From NCBI GenBank assembly GCA_963714095.1, contig OY970230.1:198206-262205 (forward strand): a stretch of 64,000 nucleotides of DNA, read 5' to 3'. Made by a program: the position numbers and the translations under genes. The notes beneath the pieces were generated by a model. That model was not told where the DNA came from. It saw nothing but the letters and a program-made list of their open reading frames with translations, and made no database searches. Source of the DNA: Candidatus Gottesmanbacteria bacterium (lineage in GTDB: Bacteria > Patescibacteriota > Microgenomatia > UBA10105 > UBA927). The stretch's first letter is position 1; every line of letters begins with the position of its first letter. This document shows, one piece after another, positions 55,617-64,000 of this stretch.

Positions 55617-56807
55617 CTATTTATGTCCGGCAGTAAATACCTTTATGATTGTTTGGATTTCTCCAGTCGTCAGTTCCGGATTATTGCCAAAATATAATCC
55701 TTGTTCATGTATGAGCTTCACGTTGACGCATTCGCGGAAATTACCCTTCACGTATTTGGTAAAAAACGGTTGTTCTGTCATATCGCCGCCGACAACCGGC
55801 CTGATTTCAATCCTGTTACCGCAGGCCTTTACTAACGAATCCCGGATTGCGGTTGATTTGCATATAACGGGCACGGCAAAATTTGAAATTGTATCCATGT
55901 GATCATATCGTATAGGATAGTAATCCGGCGACTGATAAATTCTTCCGGCAATTTTTTTAAAATTATTCTGCCGTTTCTTAATTATTTCAGGGAGAAATTT
56001 AATTTGAATTTGTCCTAGATACCCGGTAATTTCCGTCGGACGGAAATTATACCCTAAATCATAGAACGTATACCGCCCATAAAACGACGGGTTTGCAAGA
56101 AATTTTCTCCGGGCCGTCTGTTCCGGAACTGACAGATTTCTATCCCAACCGTGAGCCCGCACCATGATGAGCATACTCGCGAGATCACTGTTATCTGTAC
56201 AAACCGCACCTCCTTCGACTGTTGACATGTGGTGTCCAACGTAAAACGAAAATGTACCTGCCTCTCCGAAATTACCGAGTTTTTTGGCATGATAAACAGA
56301 TCCCAGAGATTCACAGTTGTCTTCTACGAACAGCATGCCGCGTTTATTGCAGAGATCCATAACTTTATCAATATCGTCACATAATCCGAGAAGGTTTGTA
56401 AGGAGAAGTGCTTTTAGTTTATACCTAGCTAATGTGTTTAACAGGGTTCTACTGGATACATTCAGGGTGTCTAGTTCCACGTCAACTGGTACCGGCTTCA
56501 GACCCAACTGAATAAGCGGCATAACGTTGGTAGACCATGTGACGGCGGAAAATCCGACCATGTCTCCTTTGTGAATTTTACCTAGATTAAGAAGGGCCTG
56601 AATAAGCGCTAAATTTGCGGAACTGCCGCTGTTGAGCAATACACAGTATTTTTTCCCCTGCCAGAAAGCAAATTGTTTCTCAAATGCTTCGCACTCCTTA
56701 CCGAAACTTAACTGTTTGGCGACCAATAAAAATTGGATCAGCTTCCGTTTTGTTTCGTTTTCTTTATAAAATGTCGATTTTATAAGTGTAATCATGTTAA
56801 TGAACAA
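55617..56807 (-). CDS. ColD-like NDP-4-keto-6-deoxyhexose 3-dehydratase (DegT fold, His replaces catalytic Lys)
   Basis: GTFSFYVGHHMSTVEGGAVCTDN (H192 at the Lys position, nt 56232-56234), EDNCESLGSVY, VRAHGWDRNL, IEIRPVVGG and GLYFGNNP. These closely parallel the ColD sequence as I remember it. There is no Fe-S Cys motif. Confidence 0.78.
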   Translation of the reverse strand: MFINMITLIKSTFYKENETKRKLIQFLLVAKQLSFGKECEAFEKQFAFWQGKKYCVLLNSGSSANLALIQALLNLGKIHKGDMVGFSAVTWSTNVMPLIQLGLKPVPVDVELDTLNVSSRTLLNTLARYKLKALLLTNLLGLCDDIDKVMDLCNKRGMLFVEDNCESLGSVYHAKKLGNFGEAGTFSFYVGHHMSTVEGGAVCTDNSDLASMLIMVRAHGWDRNLSVPEQTARRKFLANPSFYGRYTFYDLGYNFRPTEITGYLGQIQIKFLPEIIKKRQNNFKKIAGRIYQSPDYYPIRYDHMDTISNFAVPVICKSTAIRDSLVKACGNRIEIRPVVGGDMTEQPFFTKYVKGNFRECVNVKLIHEQGLYFGNNPELTTGEIQTIIKVFTAGHK

Positions 56808-56823
56808 AATTGCGCGTCGTAAA

Positions 56824-57615
56824 TTACCCTATGTTTATGCGGAAATTCAATTCCGGATCAAACCGCCACTTTCGTTTGCTTGCATCATCATAATAATGAA
56901 GAATACGCAAACGATAAAATACTGCAAGAGTATCATTCAGCGTATTGTAAATGACCGGCAGAAATTTTCTCCAGGAAATGCTCGATTTTGCGGAAAATAA
57001 ATTAATTTCTATCGGCGCTTCATATATTTTTCTGTATCCTAAATAATATGCCACGGCAAGTATTTCAATATCGAAGGCAAATTGTTTTACGAGGAGTCTC
57101 GGAAGAACATCTTCTAGAAGCTTTCGCCTGTATATTTTCATCCCCACCTGCGTATCACGCACATTTAGTCCGAATAATATTCTCGTAATTTGTTGATATA
57201 CCCACGAAATAATTTTTCGTATATACGGATACTCTACTTTTGAATCCGGGTGGCGTTTACTTCCGATAATTGCATCCGCATGTTGAAACTCAAATTCTGC
57301 AAGCATGAGAGGAAGTGCTTCCGGCTTAAGATCTCCCCCCGCATCCATAAAACCGACAACATCTCCTTTTGCCTGAGAAAAACCGAATCGCACTGCATAT
57401 CCCTTTCCGTGATTGGTTTGATAACCTGTTATATGAACCCGAGAATCATGTATTGTTTTAATTTCTTCTGTGCTCTTATCCAATTTTCCGTCAATGACCG
57501 GAATAATCTCAAAATCTCTATGCATCTTTGATAATACGTTGATGATATCCGTGATATCACGTTTAATTGTTTTTTCCTGTTTATAGACCGGAATAATAAG
57601 ACTAAATTTTTTCAT
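56824..57615 (-). CDS. GT2 glycosyltransferase, polyprenyl-phosphate glucosyl/mannosyl-transferase-like
   Basis: FSLIIPVYKQEKTI...HGKGYAVRFGF...FMDAGGDLKPE has the DPM1/Alg5-like layout. Length 263 aa. Confidence 0.75.
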   Translation of the reverse strand: MKKFSLIIPVYKQEKTIKRDITDIINVLSKMHRDFEIIPVIDGKLDKSTEEIKTIHDSRVHITGYQTNHGKGYAVRFGFSQAKGDVVGFMDAGGDLKPEALPLMLAEFEFQHADAIIGSKRHPDSKVEYPYIRKIISWVYQQITRILFGLNVRDTQVGMKIYRRKLLEDVLPRLLVKQFAFDIEILAVAYYLGYRKIYEAPIEINLFSAKSSISWRKFLPVIYNTLNDTLAVFYRLRILHYYDDASKRKWRFDPELNFRINIG

Positions 57616-58858
57616 GGGATCCTAAAAGATAATATCCTCCGGCAATTATATCGTAAAGCATACATACGCTGATATTAATATAAATAACTCCGATTATACT
57701 CGAATGGAACATACTTATACCGATAATCTGCACGACCGCCGCTCCCATAGAAAATAACCAAATATGCAGTTTTCCAACGGCCAGACATGACATTGCGATG
57801 ATGTTGGCCACGGAAAACAGGCCCAGGAAAATCCCGAACAGCCCCAGCATTGCCCCTGCCCCGGCATATGCGTTTCCAAAAAGCATACCTACGATAAAGT
57901 TCGGGAACACAAAATAAAGAATGGTTATGGCAACCGATATTGCTCCAACTATTCCGACGGCAGAAAAAATAAGTTTTTTTGTTTTGGAGCCCGTGGCTAC
58001 CCGCTCAGAAGCAATCGGAAAAAGCACTATTGGAACAGCCGATGACGCGTAAAATATAATTTTTCCGAGAATCGCCAGCGCGGCATACAATCCTGCGTCA
58101 TGCGCACTGAAAAAATGTCTGACGAGTATGATATCCGTTGAGTAAAGTGATGTAATACCAAGCTGCATGAGAAGCGTTGGTACTGCAAAGGCAAACATAT
58201 CACGGCCTTTAAGTTTTGTTGGCCGCGCCTTTACCGACAACACGAATCGAAGCGGAATAAAATACAAAGCGTAAACAATAATACTCGCCAGTACCGCAGC
58301 CAACATCACTCCCGGGACTCCCCACGCGACCAAAGGAATACTCACCAAAAGTTTTACAAGGATGGCAAGAGCTCCCATAACGCCCACCCAAATAAATTTT
58401 TGATATCCGTTCAGCATGCCTGCTGTTGCAACTGTTACCAGTGAAACAACGAACAATGCATAGAGGAGCATAATCAATACTGAAGACGATAAATGAAGAA
58501 ATGATGTTATATACGGTCCTGTTATGAGAATAATCGGCACACCAACCACGGTGACTATCACAAATACTTTCGTTGCTTCAATGAAGAGCGATTTCGCCTG
58601 TCCGACTTCGCCATGTGCTTTAAAACCTGAAACAAATTTCACGATCACGGTTTGCGCAACCGTCAGCGGCACGGTAAATATATAGAGGAGCGATAAAAGA
58701 GAAGCTAATGCGCCATAGCCGGACGGACCAAGAAGTCTTCCCATTATCAGGTGATACAGGTACGAAAGCACATTGGCGCTCATGGTCCCGACAAAGACGA
58801 TAGCGCTGCTCCGTGCTAATTTATTTGAGGTAAACTTCTGTATAAATCCTTTATTCAT
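57602..58858 (-). CDS. MOP-superfamily oligosaccharide flippase (Wzx-like)
   Basis: 418 aa with about 12 TM segments. N-terminus KLARSSAIVFVGTMSANVLSYLYHLIMGRLLGPSGYG is typical of polysaccharide biosynthesis/Wzx proteins. Confidence 0.8.
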   Translation of the reverse strand: MNKGFIQKFTSNKLARSSAIVFVGTMSANVLSYLYHLIMGRLLGPSGYGALASLLSLLYIFTVPLTVAQTVIVKFVSGFKAHGEVGQAKSLFIEATKVFVIVTVVGVPIILITGPYITSFLHLSSSVLIMLLYALFVVSLVTVATAGMLNGYQKFIWVGVMGALAILVKLLVSIPLVAWGVPGVMLAAVLASIIVYALYFIPLRFVLSVKARPTKLKGRDMFAFAVPTLLMQLGITSLYSTDIILVRHFFSAHDAGLYAALAILGKIIFYASSAVPIVLFPIASERVATGSKTKKLIFSAVGIVGAISVAITILYFVFPNFIVGMLFGNAYAGAGAMLGLFGIFLGLFSVANIIAMSCLAVGKLHIWLFSMGAAVVQIIGISMFHSSIIGVIYINISVCMLYDIIAGGYYLLGSHEKI

Positions 58859-58872
58859 ACGTTATCGCGTAT

Positions 58873-60336
58873 CTAGCGCCATTCCTCTGTTTGCCTGTAT
58901 ATCTCACTGGAGTTGATACGTTGATACCCCGCCTTACTAAGCTCTGCACTTGAACTGCCGGACAAATCCAAAAAAGACGTGCCCCCTATACGAAATGATT
59001 GCCGATTTTCAACATTATTTGATGGTATCATATTCATTCCGATTTTAATTCCTGCCTCACCTGCCCGCCCTTCCGCCTCCAGGAACAGCTCTAGGGCTAA
59101 GGGTAAAGGATATTGAGCTTTATAATCATACAAAGCAATGTGTTTTCCTGGGTACCGTGAATATAACGATGTTTTCCAAATCTTAACTAATTGATCTACC
59201 ACATTAACTTTTCCTGTAATCTCTCTACAATCGGATGTAAAGCTCATTATAACAACGAATAGACAAACTAGAATTCCCAGGAATCGAGATTTCATAAATA
59301 TCTTATAAACTACCCAGGCGGAAAGGGTGAGGATAAATGGCTGAAGAAATACCGTATAGCTATCGAATAAAGGAACGTGTGAGTAGCGGAGCATACCTAA
59401 AATTCCGAAAAAAGAACAAATAATTACAATAAATTCAGCAACAATTTTTTTTCTGATGCATCCATATATAAATAACACCGAGACCAATATCATAAAGCCT
59501 GCTCCTATAAATTGATTGCCTCCGATTATTCTTCCCCATGTCGTTGGCCAATAAATTGTAAGGTATGTCAACCATCTTCTTCCTAAAGCTTCCAGTGGTA
59601 TGCGATACTGATCAAAACGGATGTAATAGATCATATTTCTCATATTAACGAACCCGTTCCGTATATCGAATAGTAATATCGGTAATGCACCAATAATACC
59701 GCCTGCGAGTAACAAAAGAACATTTGATACGTGAAATTTTTTCTCCGTGATTTGTGCGATTAAAACACAAATTCCGAGGATAAAAAGACCGCTACCCTGA
59801 AGATGAAAAGACGCACCCGTTGAAATCAAAAAACCTAATGCAAAGATATAACGGTTCTTACCTGATCGTAAAAAACGAACAACTGACCATAATGCGAATA
59901 TCGATATTATTGCCAAGGGAGATTCATTTGTCAGGCTGACTGATTGAGCGATTTGAGCGGTTGATACCGCGCTAAATAATCCCAATAAAATTCCAAACTT
60001 CGTATCAATTAACTCTGTACCAAACTGAATCATCAAGTAAACAAAAAAAACATATATCAAAGTCAAAACTATCCAGGGAGTTAAGACAGAAGCCGGATAT
60101 AACGCGGTTGCCGCCATAATAAACCAATACCACTGACCACCTGTTTGAAATGGTCCAGCTGACGAAAAAGGTCCGAGAAGCGGAATTTTATGTTCAGCGA
60201 GAGCCGCACGGGCAACAAGAGCGTCATGAGCTTGATCATACCCGAGCTCCCAACGATTACCATAATCGTAAAACCTCAAAATAAATGCCAAGAGAACAAT
60301 GCCTACTGTAACGATAATTATGCTATGTTTCTTCAT
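58873..60336 (-). CDS. GT-C fold glycosyltransferase, ArnT/PMT_2-like
   Basis: First loop LRFYDYGNRWELGYDQAHDALVARAAL, more than 11 TM segments and a soluble C-terminal ~110 aa. Sits beside the DPM1-like GT2 at 60353..61039. Confidence 0.7.
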   Translation of the reverse strand: MKKHSIIIVTVGIVLLAFILRFYDYGNRWELGYDQAHDALVARAALAEHKIPLLGPFSSAGPFQTGGQWYWFIMAATALYPASVLTPWIVLTLIYVFFVYLMIQFGTELIDTKFGILLGLFSAVSTAQIAQSVSLTNESPLAIISIFALWSVVRFLRSGKNRYIFALGFLISTGASFHLQGSGLFILGICVLIAQITEKKFHVSNVLLLLAGGIIGALPILLFDIRNGFVNMRNMIYYIRFDQYRIPLEALGRRWLTYLTIYWPTTWGRIIGGNQFIGAGFMILVSVLFIYGCIRKKIVAEFIVIICSFFGILGMLRYSHVPLFDSYTVFLQPFILTLSAWVVYKIFMKSRFLGILVCLFVVIMSFTSDCREITGKVNVVDQLVKIWKTSLYSRYPGKHIALYDYKAQYPLPLALELFLEAEGRAGEAGIKIGMNMIPSNNVENRQSFRIGGTSFLDLSGSSSAELSKAGYQRINSSEIYRQTEEWR

Positions 60337-60352
60337 GAAGACTACACAGTTA

Positions 60353-61039
60353 CTAATTTATAAACCGGTATTTAATGATCGTCCAGAAAGCAATAATGCC
60401 GTCACGCCATGTCAGTTTTTTCCCTTCATTAAACTTTCTTCCGTAATAGGAAATAGGGACTTCATATATTTGGTACCCGTTTTTAAGTACTTTGACTGTA
60501 AGTTCCGGTTCGACATCAAACCGCTTGGCACGAATCGTGATTCCGTTCAGCACCCCATGCCGGAATACTTTGTAACAGGTTTCCATATCCGTGATATCGG
60601 TATTGAATAATATGTTTGTTACAAATGTCACAAATTTATTCCCCTGCGCATAAATGAACATAGTTGAAAGATGTGGGCCCAAAAATCGCGAGCCGTACAC
60701 CACATCAACGTGCGGGTTGTCAAATGGAGATAAAAGCACGGGGTAATCGTTCGGACTATATTCCAAATCCGCATCCTGAACCAAGATCACGTCTCCCGTA
60801 GCTTTTTTAAATCCGATGCTTAAGGCGTTTCCCTTTCCTTCATTTTTTTCTTTGTAAATAACACGTACCTTCTTCTCCCAGGATTTCAAAACCGTTTTTG
60901 TGCGGTCTTTTGATCCGTCATCAACAACAATTATTTCCTTTGACCAGCCGGGTATGGCAACCTTTTCGATCCGCTGAAGGATTTCGTTAATCGTATGTTC
61001 TTCGTTATACACGGGTACGATAACGGAAAGTTTTTTCAC
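60353..61039 (-). CDS. polyprenyl-phosphate glycosyltransferase, GT2 (DPM1/ArnC-like)
   Basis: LSVIVPVYNEEHTI...IIVVDDGSKDRT...GKGNALSIGF...VQDADLEYSP. Length 228 aa. Confidence 0.82.
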   Translation of the reverse strand: MKKLSVIVPVYNEEHTINEILQRIEKVAIPGWSKEIIVVDDGSKDRTKTVLKSWEKKVRVIYKEKNEGKGNALSIGFKKATGDVILVQDADLEYSPNDYPVLLSPFDNPHVDVVYGSRFLGPHLSTMFIYAQGNKFVTFVTNILFNTDITDMETCYKVFRHGVLNGITIRAKRFDVEPELTVKVLKNGYQIYEVPISYYGRKFNEGKKLTWRDGIIAFWTIIKYRFIN

Positions 61040-62076
61040 ACCAATGCCCTTTCATACGCCGCGACAGTCTCCACTACGACTCTTTTCCAGGTAAACTGTT
61101 TTACCCATACCAATTGACGCATCGCCTGAGCTCGTCTGTCGACAGTAAGCATTTTCTTTATGCCCGCAAGGATCTCTTCCGGTTTTGGTGACACCTGTAA
61201 CGCCGGCCCTGCTATCTCTTTGAGGCTTGAGGTATTTGTGCAAACAACCGGGCAACCGCAGGCCATAGCTTCCAGTACCGGCAGACCGAATCCCTCATAG
61301 TAAGAGGGTTGTACATAGACCGAAGCCATGGAGTAAAAACCAGCAAGATCAGCCAGAGGCACGTTTCCCGGACAAATAACCACGTGTTCCAAATCATGCT
61401 CAAGAATAAACTGATTGATTTCCTGCGTTTCGGTGAGCGTCTCGCAAAATGCTCGGCCGACAAGAACTAATTTATATTCTAATAATTCACTGTGTTGACG
61501 AAGCGCTGCAAAAGCCTGCAATAGCCCGATCACATTTTTATTCCAATTGACGTCCCCGACAAAAAGAATATATTGTTTTGGTAAGGCATATTTCTTTCGT
61601 ATAGCAGCTACTAATTTTGAATCGGTAACCGGATGATACATCGCGTCACGAGCTAAATAAACAGTATCGACAATCTCTTTTTTAACGCCTACAATCCGTA
61701 CAATATCATTTTTTGAAGCGTTTGAGTCAGCAATAATTCGACTCGCGCCTCGAAGTGACAATTTCTGGACCTGCCATTTGATGTTGCCGCGGATGCCTGC
61801 CGGAAATTTGTACGGGAACACCAGAGGAATAAGGTCGTGAACCGTCACCAAAGTCGGCTCCGGTTTAACCAGAGGCAACGTCAGGAAAAACGGGTCAAAA
61901 TACGGATAATGCACGATATCTGCATCGTCCGGCACACGCTGATGACCTGTAAAATAAATATATGTGTGCTGTTTTCCGTATTTTTCCAACCCATCAATAA
62001 GATTCTTCGTATACACACCGATCCCCCGTGCGCGATGCGCGGATTCCAAAGGAGTTATGTCTATTGCTACCTTCAT
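61036..62076 (-). CDS. glycosyltransferase family 4 (GT-B)
   Basis: I chose the start at the ATG at 62076 (MKVAIDITPLESAHRARGIGVYTKNL), which forms an ATGA overlap with the upstream stop. C-domain EGFGLPVLEAMACGCPVVCT. The listed ORF extends to 62169. Confidence 0.9.
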   Translation of the reverse strand: MKVAIDITPLESAHRARGIGVYTKNLIDGLEKYGKQHTYIYFTGHQRVPDDADIVHYPYFDPFFLTLPLVKPEPTLVTVHDLIPLVFPYKFPAGIRGNIKWQVQKLSLRGASRIIADSNASKNDIVRIVGVKKEIVDTVYLARDAMYHPVTDSKLVAAIRKKYALPKQYILFVGDVNWNKNVIGLLQAFAALRQHSELLEYKLVLVGRAFCETLTETQEINQFILEHDLEHVVICPGNVPLADLAGFYSMASVYVQPSYYEGFGLPVLEAMACGCPVVCTNTSSLKEIAGPALQVSPKPEEILAGIKKMLTVDRRAQAMRQLVWVKQFTWKRVVVETVAAYERALV

Positions 62077-63641
62077 TGTAAAGAAGTATACCCTAAAATG
62101 ACCAGAACGGCCACGCTTATAACTGAAAGCGCATCCGCGACTTTTCGCACGGGCGTATCGGCAAACCACACGCGGATAGCGTGAGTTCCCTGCGGCACGG
62201 ATATATGTATGATGCCGTCACCTCTATAGTTGATGGGGACTTCTTTGCCGTCAACGGATGCTGTCCATCCGGGAAAATACAGCGTACTCACCGTTACAGT
62301 ACCGGCTTTGTCCATAAGGACGGTAAAATCCTTTTCCATGTACTCCCAACGAGTCTTCTGGGTCATCTGCCCGTTTTCAATTGCATACGGTGCTGCCGGC
62401 CGAGTAGTTTTCCATCCTGTCCAGATCGTCGAGAAACTGTTTCCCATAGACGAGGTTCCGTCGGTAAAATTCGGCCTTGCCAGGTAGTATGCCTCGTTTC
62501 GCGGTTCATAAAGAACCGGACGTGCGTAGGACGCGGCAAGCGCGACACTCAAAACAGCCAAGAATAACCCCCACCACGGACGTTTTAGTCTACTAGTCCA
62601 TACTGCCGCGCTGAAACCGGCAACCGGAATAACAAATGATAACAATCTCCAGGGGTATTGCACAAACGAGAGAGGCTTTATAAGCTCCCACAGAGGAGTA
62701 GAAATCGGCAACATAAAAACGATGCACAAACCGATGATACTCAAAAAATACGCAAATAATTTCGTGTAAGCGCTTTTTGGCTTACGCAACAAAACCCATA
62801 ATGCTCCTGCCATTGCCAACATCGGGGCTATTCCTATCTGTACGGACATGGCAGTACCAAAACTTCCGGTTCCTGAAAAACCTGTTCCCCAGGATGGAAT
62901 TAATAGTTCATACCAGTCAACAAAATATTGCCGGAAGTTCACGGTATTGAGACCCACAACATATTTGGATTCGATAAGTGCCGGCAGCCAGAAAAATGCG
63001 GAAAGTCCGATCCCACCAAGCATCCATAGGGCTCCTTTTTTATTCCGAATAAGAGCATACCCCAGTAAAAACGGCGTATAAAGCATCGCCATGATGTTGT
63101 GCGAAAGAATAAGGAGCCCATATACAATAGCGAACCAGAATAACTTTTTCTTTTCCAGCAGGTAAAAGCACAACAAAAGAAATGCAGTCGCCCAGACTTC
63201 ACCGATCGATCCGCGCACGTACATATCGACAAAAAGATACGGGACAAAGGCGGCAACGATTGATCCGACTGCGGACGGAAGGGCACCAAACAGGGTCAGT
63301 AGCCAGAGAAAAGCCGCCGCTGAGAGTGCTATATACCCCAAACCCATACTCATCTGAAATGCGTATACAGCATCATGAGTCAACATGCGCATAAATGAAC
63401 CGATATAGTCAGGCATGGGGTACTGATAATTAAAAATGGGTATCCCGTACCCGCTGTTCATATCCGGCGCCCATCGGGGAACTATGTATCCGGCTCCCAA
63501 CATCCGGGAAAATTCGACGATGCGGATAATATGATATTCACCGTCATGTGTCGGTATATACGCCTTACCAAACAGTGGACTGACCGCAAAAAAAATTGCC
63601 GCAATACATATGACGGCGGAGAGGACTACAGTTTTTTTCAT
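62073..63641 (-). CDS. polytopic membrane protein, PTPS-related-domain / GT-C-like, with C-terminal ectodomain and terminal TM anchor
   Basis: N-terminal loop HDGEYHIIRIVEFSRMLGAGYIVPRWAPDMNSGYGIPIFNYQYPMPDY resembles the membrane 6-pyruvoyl-tetrahydropterin-synthase-related family. The C-terminus has LYFPGWTASVDGKEV ... then the SVISVAVLVILG anchor. Confidence 0.65.
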   Translation of the reverse strand: MKKTVVLSAVICIAAIFFAVSPLFGKAYIPTHDGEYHIIRIVEFSRMLGAGYIVPRWAPDMNSGYGIPIFNYQYPMPDYIGSFMRMLTHDAVYAFQMSMGLGYIALSAAAFLWLLTLFGALPSAVGSIVAAFVPYLFVDMYVRGSIGEVWATAFLLLCFYLLEKKKLFWFAIVYGLLILSHNIMAMLYTPFLLGYALIRNKKGALWMLGGIGLSAFFWLPALIESKYVVGLNTVNFRQYFVDWYELLIPSWGTGFSGTGSFGTAMSVQIGIAPMLAMAGALWVLLRKPKSAYTKLFAYFLSIIGLCIVFMLPISTPLWELIKPLSFVQYPWRLLSFVIPVAGFSAAVWTSRLKRPWWGLFLAVLSVALAASYARPVLYEPRNEAYYLARPNFTDGTSSMGNSFSTIWTGWKTTRPAAPYAIENGQMTQKTRWEYMEKDFTVLMDKAGTVTVSTLYFPGWTASVDGKEVPINYRGDGIIHISVPQGTHAIRVWFADTPVRKVADALSVISVAVLVILGYTSLQ

Positions 63642-64000
63642 ACCTTTCGTTTCGCAAGATACCGGAATCCGAGATATCCCGCATAGAAGACTAAAGGAAT
63701 GACGGTTAATCCGGAACGAAGAGCGGGCCCGGGTCCTTCATAATACCCCATCCACATATACGGAAGATTCCGTAGTTCCAAGGCAAATGAGAGTACTATC
63801 GTAAATCCCCACAAATACCGATGTGACGCAAACGGCAATAATGCTGCGGTTGCAACGAGCCATACTGCATACCATGGATACAATTCTTCGCGGATCGGGG
63901 CAACGATAAAAAAGACCGCTGCCAGAAAAATATATGCATATACGAGCATCCGTTCAAAAGAGACATTCCGGAAAAACAGAAGTGGCGCCAATACAACCGT
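63638..64000 (-). CDS. membrane protein, 5' end beyond window edge (partial)
   Basis: The listed start at 63991 is a TTG, and the frame stays open to nt 64000 (upstream codons give T-V-V). The sequence is hydrophobic throughout. 4-nt overlap with the downstream gene. Confidence 0.5.
   Translation of the reverse strand, partial: TVVLAPLLFFRNVSFERMLVYAYIFLAAVFFIVAPIREELYPWYAVWLVATAALLPFASHRYLWGFTIVLSFALELRNLPYMWMGYYEGPGPALRSGLTVIPLVFYAGYLGFRYLAKRKV

Noticed and set aside
63796-63996. Alternative-frame ORF 63796..63996 at the window edge.
   Set aside because: It overlaps the hydrophobic, edge-truncated ORF 63638..64000, which continues the operon with a 4-nt overlap. The alternative-frame translation is Cys/Arg/His-rich and not protein-like.
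1-64000. Search for CRISPR arrays, tandem repeats, IS elements or integrases, tRNA/rRNA genes and toxin-antitoxin or defence-type genes.
   Set aside because: No ORF resembles a transposase, integrase, nuclease or ATPase defence component. Intergenic space is too small for arrays or structured RNAs, except for five short AT-rich gaps. This was an eye scan only, so short or degenerate repeats could have been missed.

Overview
The window is almost entirely coding. I call about 57 CDS, and all but 4 are on the minus strand. I saw no rRNA, tRNA, CRISPR array, transposase or integrase, but this was an eye scan only. The first ~5 kb is housekeeping: a truncated histidine phosphatase, glyQS and recO. 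From ~2.9 kb to the window edge there is one very large cell-surface glycan assembly locus. It contains a DUF4012 protein, an initiating phosphoglycosyltransferase, about 11 GT-B/GT4 and 8 GT2 glycosyltransferases, and 3 DPM1/ArnC-like polyprenyl-phosphate GT2s. It also has 12-13 large polytopic GT-C-like membrane proteins, a Wzx-type flippase, a Wzy_C-domain fusion protein, acetyl/acyl/methyl-transferases and several NDP-sugar modules. The best-supported specific calls form a CDP-hexose cassette. It has RfbF, an RfbG-like dehydratase and an E1/RfbH 3-dehydrase with His-for-Lys and an exact C-X57-C-X1-C-X7-C Fe-S motif. A split transketolase, an aminotransferase and a GNAT are embedded in it. 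Other supported calls are a second ColD-like His-for-Lys 3-dehydratase, a UXS/GalE/ArnC-like pentose module, and two GT4 genes split or truncated exactly at the interdomain boundary. The segment from ~33.4 to 60.4 kb looks more AT-rich, and all strand switches fall inside it, which suggests a mosaic variable cassette. The gene style suggests an uncultured Patescibacteria/CPR-like lineage, but this is a weak inference. All family calls rest on motifs read by eye; no searches were run.
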